A stretch of 64,000 nt of DNA from a bacterium (lineage in GTDB: Bacteria; UBA8248): contig CBDBBI010000010.1 of NCBI GenBank assembly GCA_965202625.1, positions 896,001 to 960,000 on the forward strand, read 5' to 3'. The notes under the pieces are model-generated. The model was not told where the DNA came from, made no database searches, and saw nothing but the letters and a program-made list of their open reading frames with translations. Of the stretch, positions 62,083 to 64,000 are shown in pieces (the stretch's first letter is position 1; each line of letters starts with the position of its first letter). The position numbers and the translations under genes were made by a program.

Positions 62083-63486
62083 CTACGCCAAGTGGGAATG
62101 GCTCACCGGCCCTGCCAACGCTAAAGTGAGGGAGGGGACGTCCTCCGCCTCGTTCAAGTTTCGCCAGACGCTCCAGGCAGCGCGAGCTTTTTCGGGGGGC
62201 AAAGCGGCAGCGCATTCTAGGAATTTCTCTTTGAGTTCAAGCGTCGTGAGAGGATTTTCGATGTGCCCGCGCGCATGGGCGAAAGACTGCCGCAGTTCCC
62301 GACCATCCTTCAATTTCAGCCAGACTTCCGTGGTTTCCGTCTCCGGGTTCTCGAGCGCGAGATTCTCATCCAAGTCGAACGCCACCATCTTTTGGAGGGC
62401 GGCGATATCGGGGCGGCGGACACTTTCCTCCTCGAACTGACGAATCCCCACCTTGCGATCTACAAGAGCGGAAGCCAGGCAGAACGGCATGGAGAATTTT
62501 CCCTCCAAACTCGTCGTCGCCTCCCTGTAGCGCAGCACCTTGAGGGTCATCGTCGACGCACGCGCGCCGAGGGCTGCCACGTCGGTGGCCTTGACGTTCT
62601 CGCGCTCCGCCAGATCGAGCATGGCATCTATGCCCGGGTGCGTCATGGAGCAGCAAGGGTGGATCTTCACGCAAACGCCCTCCTCCACGTCCCAGGGCGG
62701 CCCCCAAGGTTCAACCGCGCGCTCCCAGTCTGCGAATTCGTGCGCTTTTGGCCCCGTGTCATCGGCCGCCATGGCTGTCGTAAAGCCTGTCTCGAGCGCA
62801 TCGTCGGCCGCGATGAAACCTCCCTCGGCCAGTTTCGCGGCGACTACCCCCGAGCGCGCGGCATGGCCGGCGTGAAAGGGCTTCGCCATCGTGCCAAAGT
62901 TCGCGACCAGCCCGGCTGCTTGGCACGCGCCGAGGCTGAGCGCACTTCGGGTTCGCTCCACATTCAGCCCGAGCAGGTACGCGCAGGCGCCCGCGGCGCC
63001 GACCGCGCCGAGCGTGGCCGTAGCGTGAAAGCCCCGGCGGTAGTGCTGCGGATTCATCGCGCGGCCCAGGACACGCAACACCTCAAAGCCTATCGCGTAG
63101 GACTCGAGTATCCTCGGACCAGCGATTCTCCTCTCCTCCGCCAGCGCGATGATGGCAGGCATCAGGGTAACGCTCGGATGGCCCAGCATGATGAAGTCCA
63201 CGTCGTCAAAATCAAGCGCGTGTCCGGCCACCCCGTTCACAAAAGCGGCCCAGGAGGCGCTCGTCCTCTCCGCGCCGCCGATCAGGCGAGCAGCCGGAGC
63301 GCCACCCTCTGAAATCGCCAGTCGATGCGCCAGCCTGGCGCACTCCTCATCCCGACCCGCCAGAATCACGCCCAGCGTATCGAGCATGGCGTCTCTCGCC
63401 CGCCTGCGCGCCCTCTCGCCTATATCGGAGGGGCGGGTCACCGCGATTCGTGTCGCCAGTTCGTGTGTGGCCGGGTAGATCATCAA
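62083..63486 (-). CDS. MmgE/PrpD family protein (second, divergent copy)
   Basis: NGVAGHALDFDD...GHPS, GFHAT, NFGTMAKPFHAG, KIHPCC and KFSMPF motifs. Confidence 0.92.
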   Translation of the reverse strand: MMIYPATHELATRIAVTRPSDIGERARRRARDAMLDTLGVILAGRDEECARLAHRLAISEGGAPAARLIGGAERTSASWAAFVNGVAGHALDFDDVDFIMLGHPSVTLMPAIIALAEERRIAGPRILESYAIGFEVLRVLGRAMNPQHYRRGFHATATLGAVGAAGACAYLLGLNVERTRSALSLGACQAAGLVANFGTMAKPFHAGHAARSGVVAAKLAEGGFIAADDALETGFTTAMAADDTGPKAHEFADWERAVEPWGPPWDVEEGVCVKIHPCCSMTHPGIDAMLDLAERENVKATDVAALGARASTMTLKVLRYREATTSLEGKFSMPFCLASALVDRKVGIRQFEEESVRRPDIAALQKMVAFDLDENLALENPETETTEVWLKLKDGRELRQSFAHARGHIENPLTTLELKEKFLECAAALPPEKARAAWSVWRNLNEAEDVPSLTLALAGPVSHSHLA

Positions 63487-63589
63487 GAGATTCCTCTCGT
63501 GCGGATGAACCCTAGGAAACCAAGATATAATTGAGCATTACGCCATTTCGAGATGCTTTACCGTCATTGTTTTCCACGAATCCACTATC

Positions 63590-63820
63590 TTACGAACACT
63601 CACTATCCTGCGGTGTATTCTCTAATCGAGTTGCAATACGAACCAAACCATCATTATCTAAAATTTGAATGTTTCCAGTGCTAGGAACAATTCTGTATTT
63701 ATCACCAGAACGACTTCTCACCACTTTATAAATGTCGCCCCCCATTTCCTGAAGTTGAGCAGTGTGCAAACTCCCATCCTTGAAATACGAGCACAGCGAC
63801 AACCGAAAACACTGTCCCAA
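63590..63820 (-). pseudogene. AT-rich hypothetical gene, probably a C-terminal fragment
   Basis: Short protein-like ORF in visibly AT-richer DNA with no convincing start. Confidence 0.35.
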
Positions 63821-64000
63821 TCCTTTTAAGAAATTTCATATACACGATCCCCCCCTTTACTCATCCGAAGCAATCTTTTTTTCGAGGGGTGGGAGCTTCG
63901 CCCCACTACCCAAACTCAAAACCCCAGAATGCACTCGCAAGCGATTTGCAAGAAATATCAAAGCACTCCCTACCTCTAAAACGAAATCCAAAAACGCCGT

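Overview
A 64 kb chromosomal backbone region from a Gram-negative bacterium with moderately high GC. Gene order resembles Deltaproteobacteria, Nitrospinota or Tectomicrobia, but this taxonomic call is inference only. Most of the window is housekeeping operons on the minus strand: ispE-prs-rplY-pth-hppA-rpsF-ssb-rpsR-rplI-dnaB; pilM-aroB-aroQ-pepP-efp; tkt-ctpA-tsaD-dusB; eno; rplU-rpmA-obgE-proB-nadD-rsfS-dksA-lapAB-rpiB-nrdR; mnmA. Catabolic genes are interspersed (three SDRs, two MmgE/PrpD, PuuE-like deacetylase, RidA, NIPSNAP, beta-hydroxyacid dehydrogenase). The main signal is selective genome erosion. The livHMGF permease/ATPase genes, a site-2 protease, a family III CoA-transferase, a crotonase and probably one unidentified gene are broken, and a DUF1998 DEAH helicase carries a single in-frame TAA. 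All core genes are intact, and several familiar operons lack their usual middle genes (pilNOPQ/aroK, glyA, proA, tRNA-Gln). One roughly 340 nt intergenic element next to mnmA has long-range self-complementarity and is the best candidate for an unannotated structured RNA or small mobile element. I found no intact tRNA, rRNA, CRISPR array, transposase or prophage, and no multi-gene novel system that I can support with confidence.
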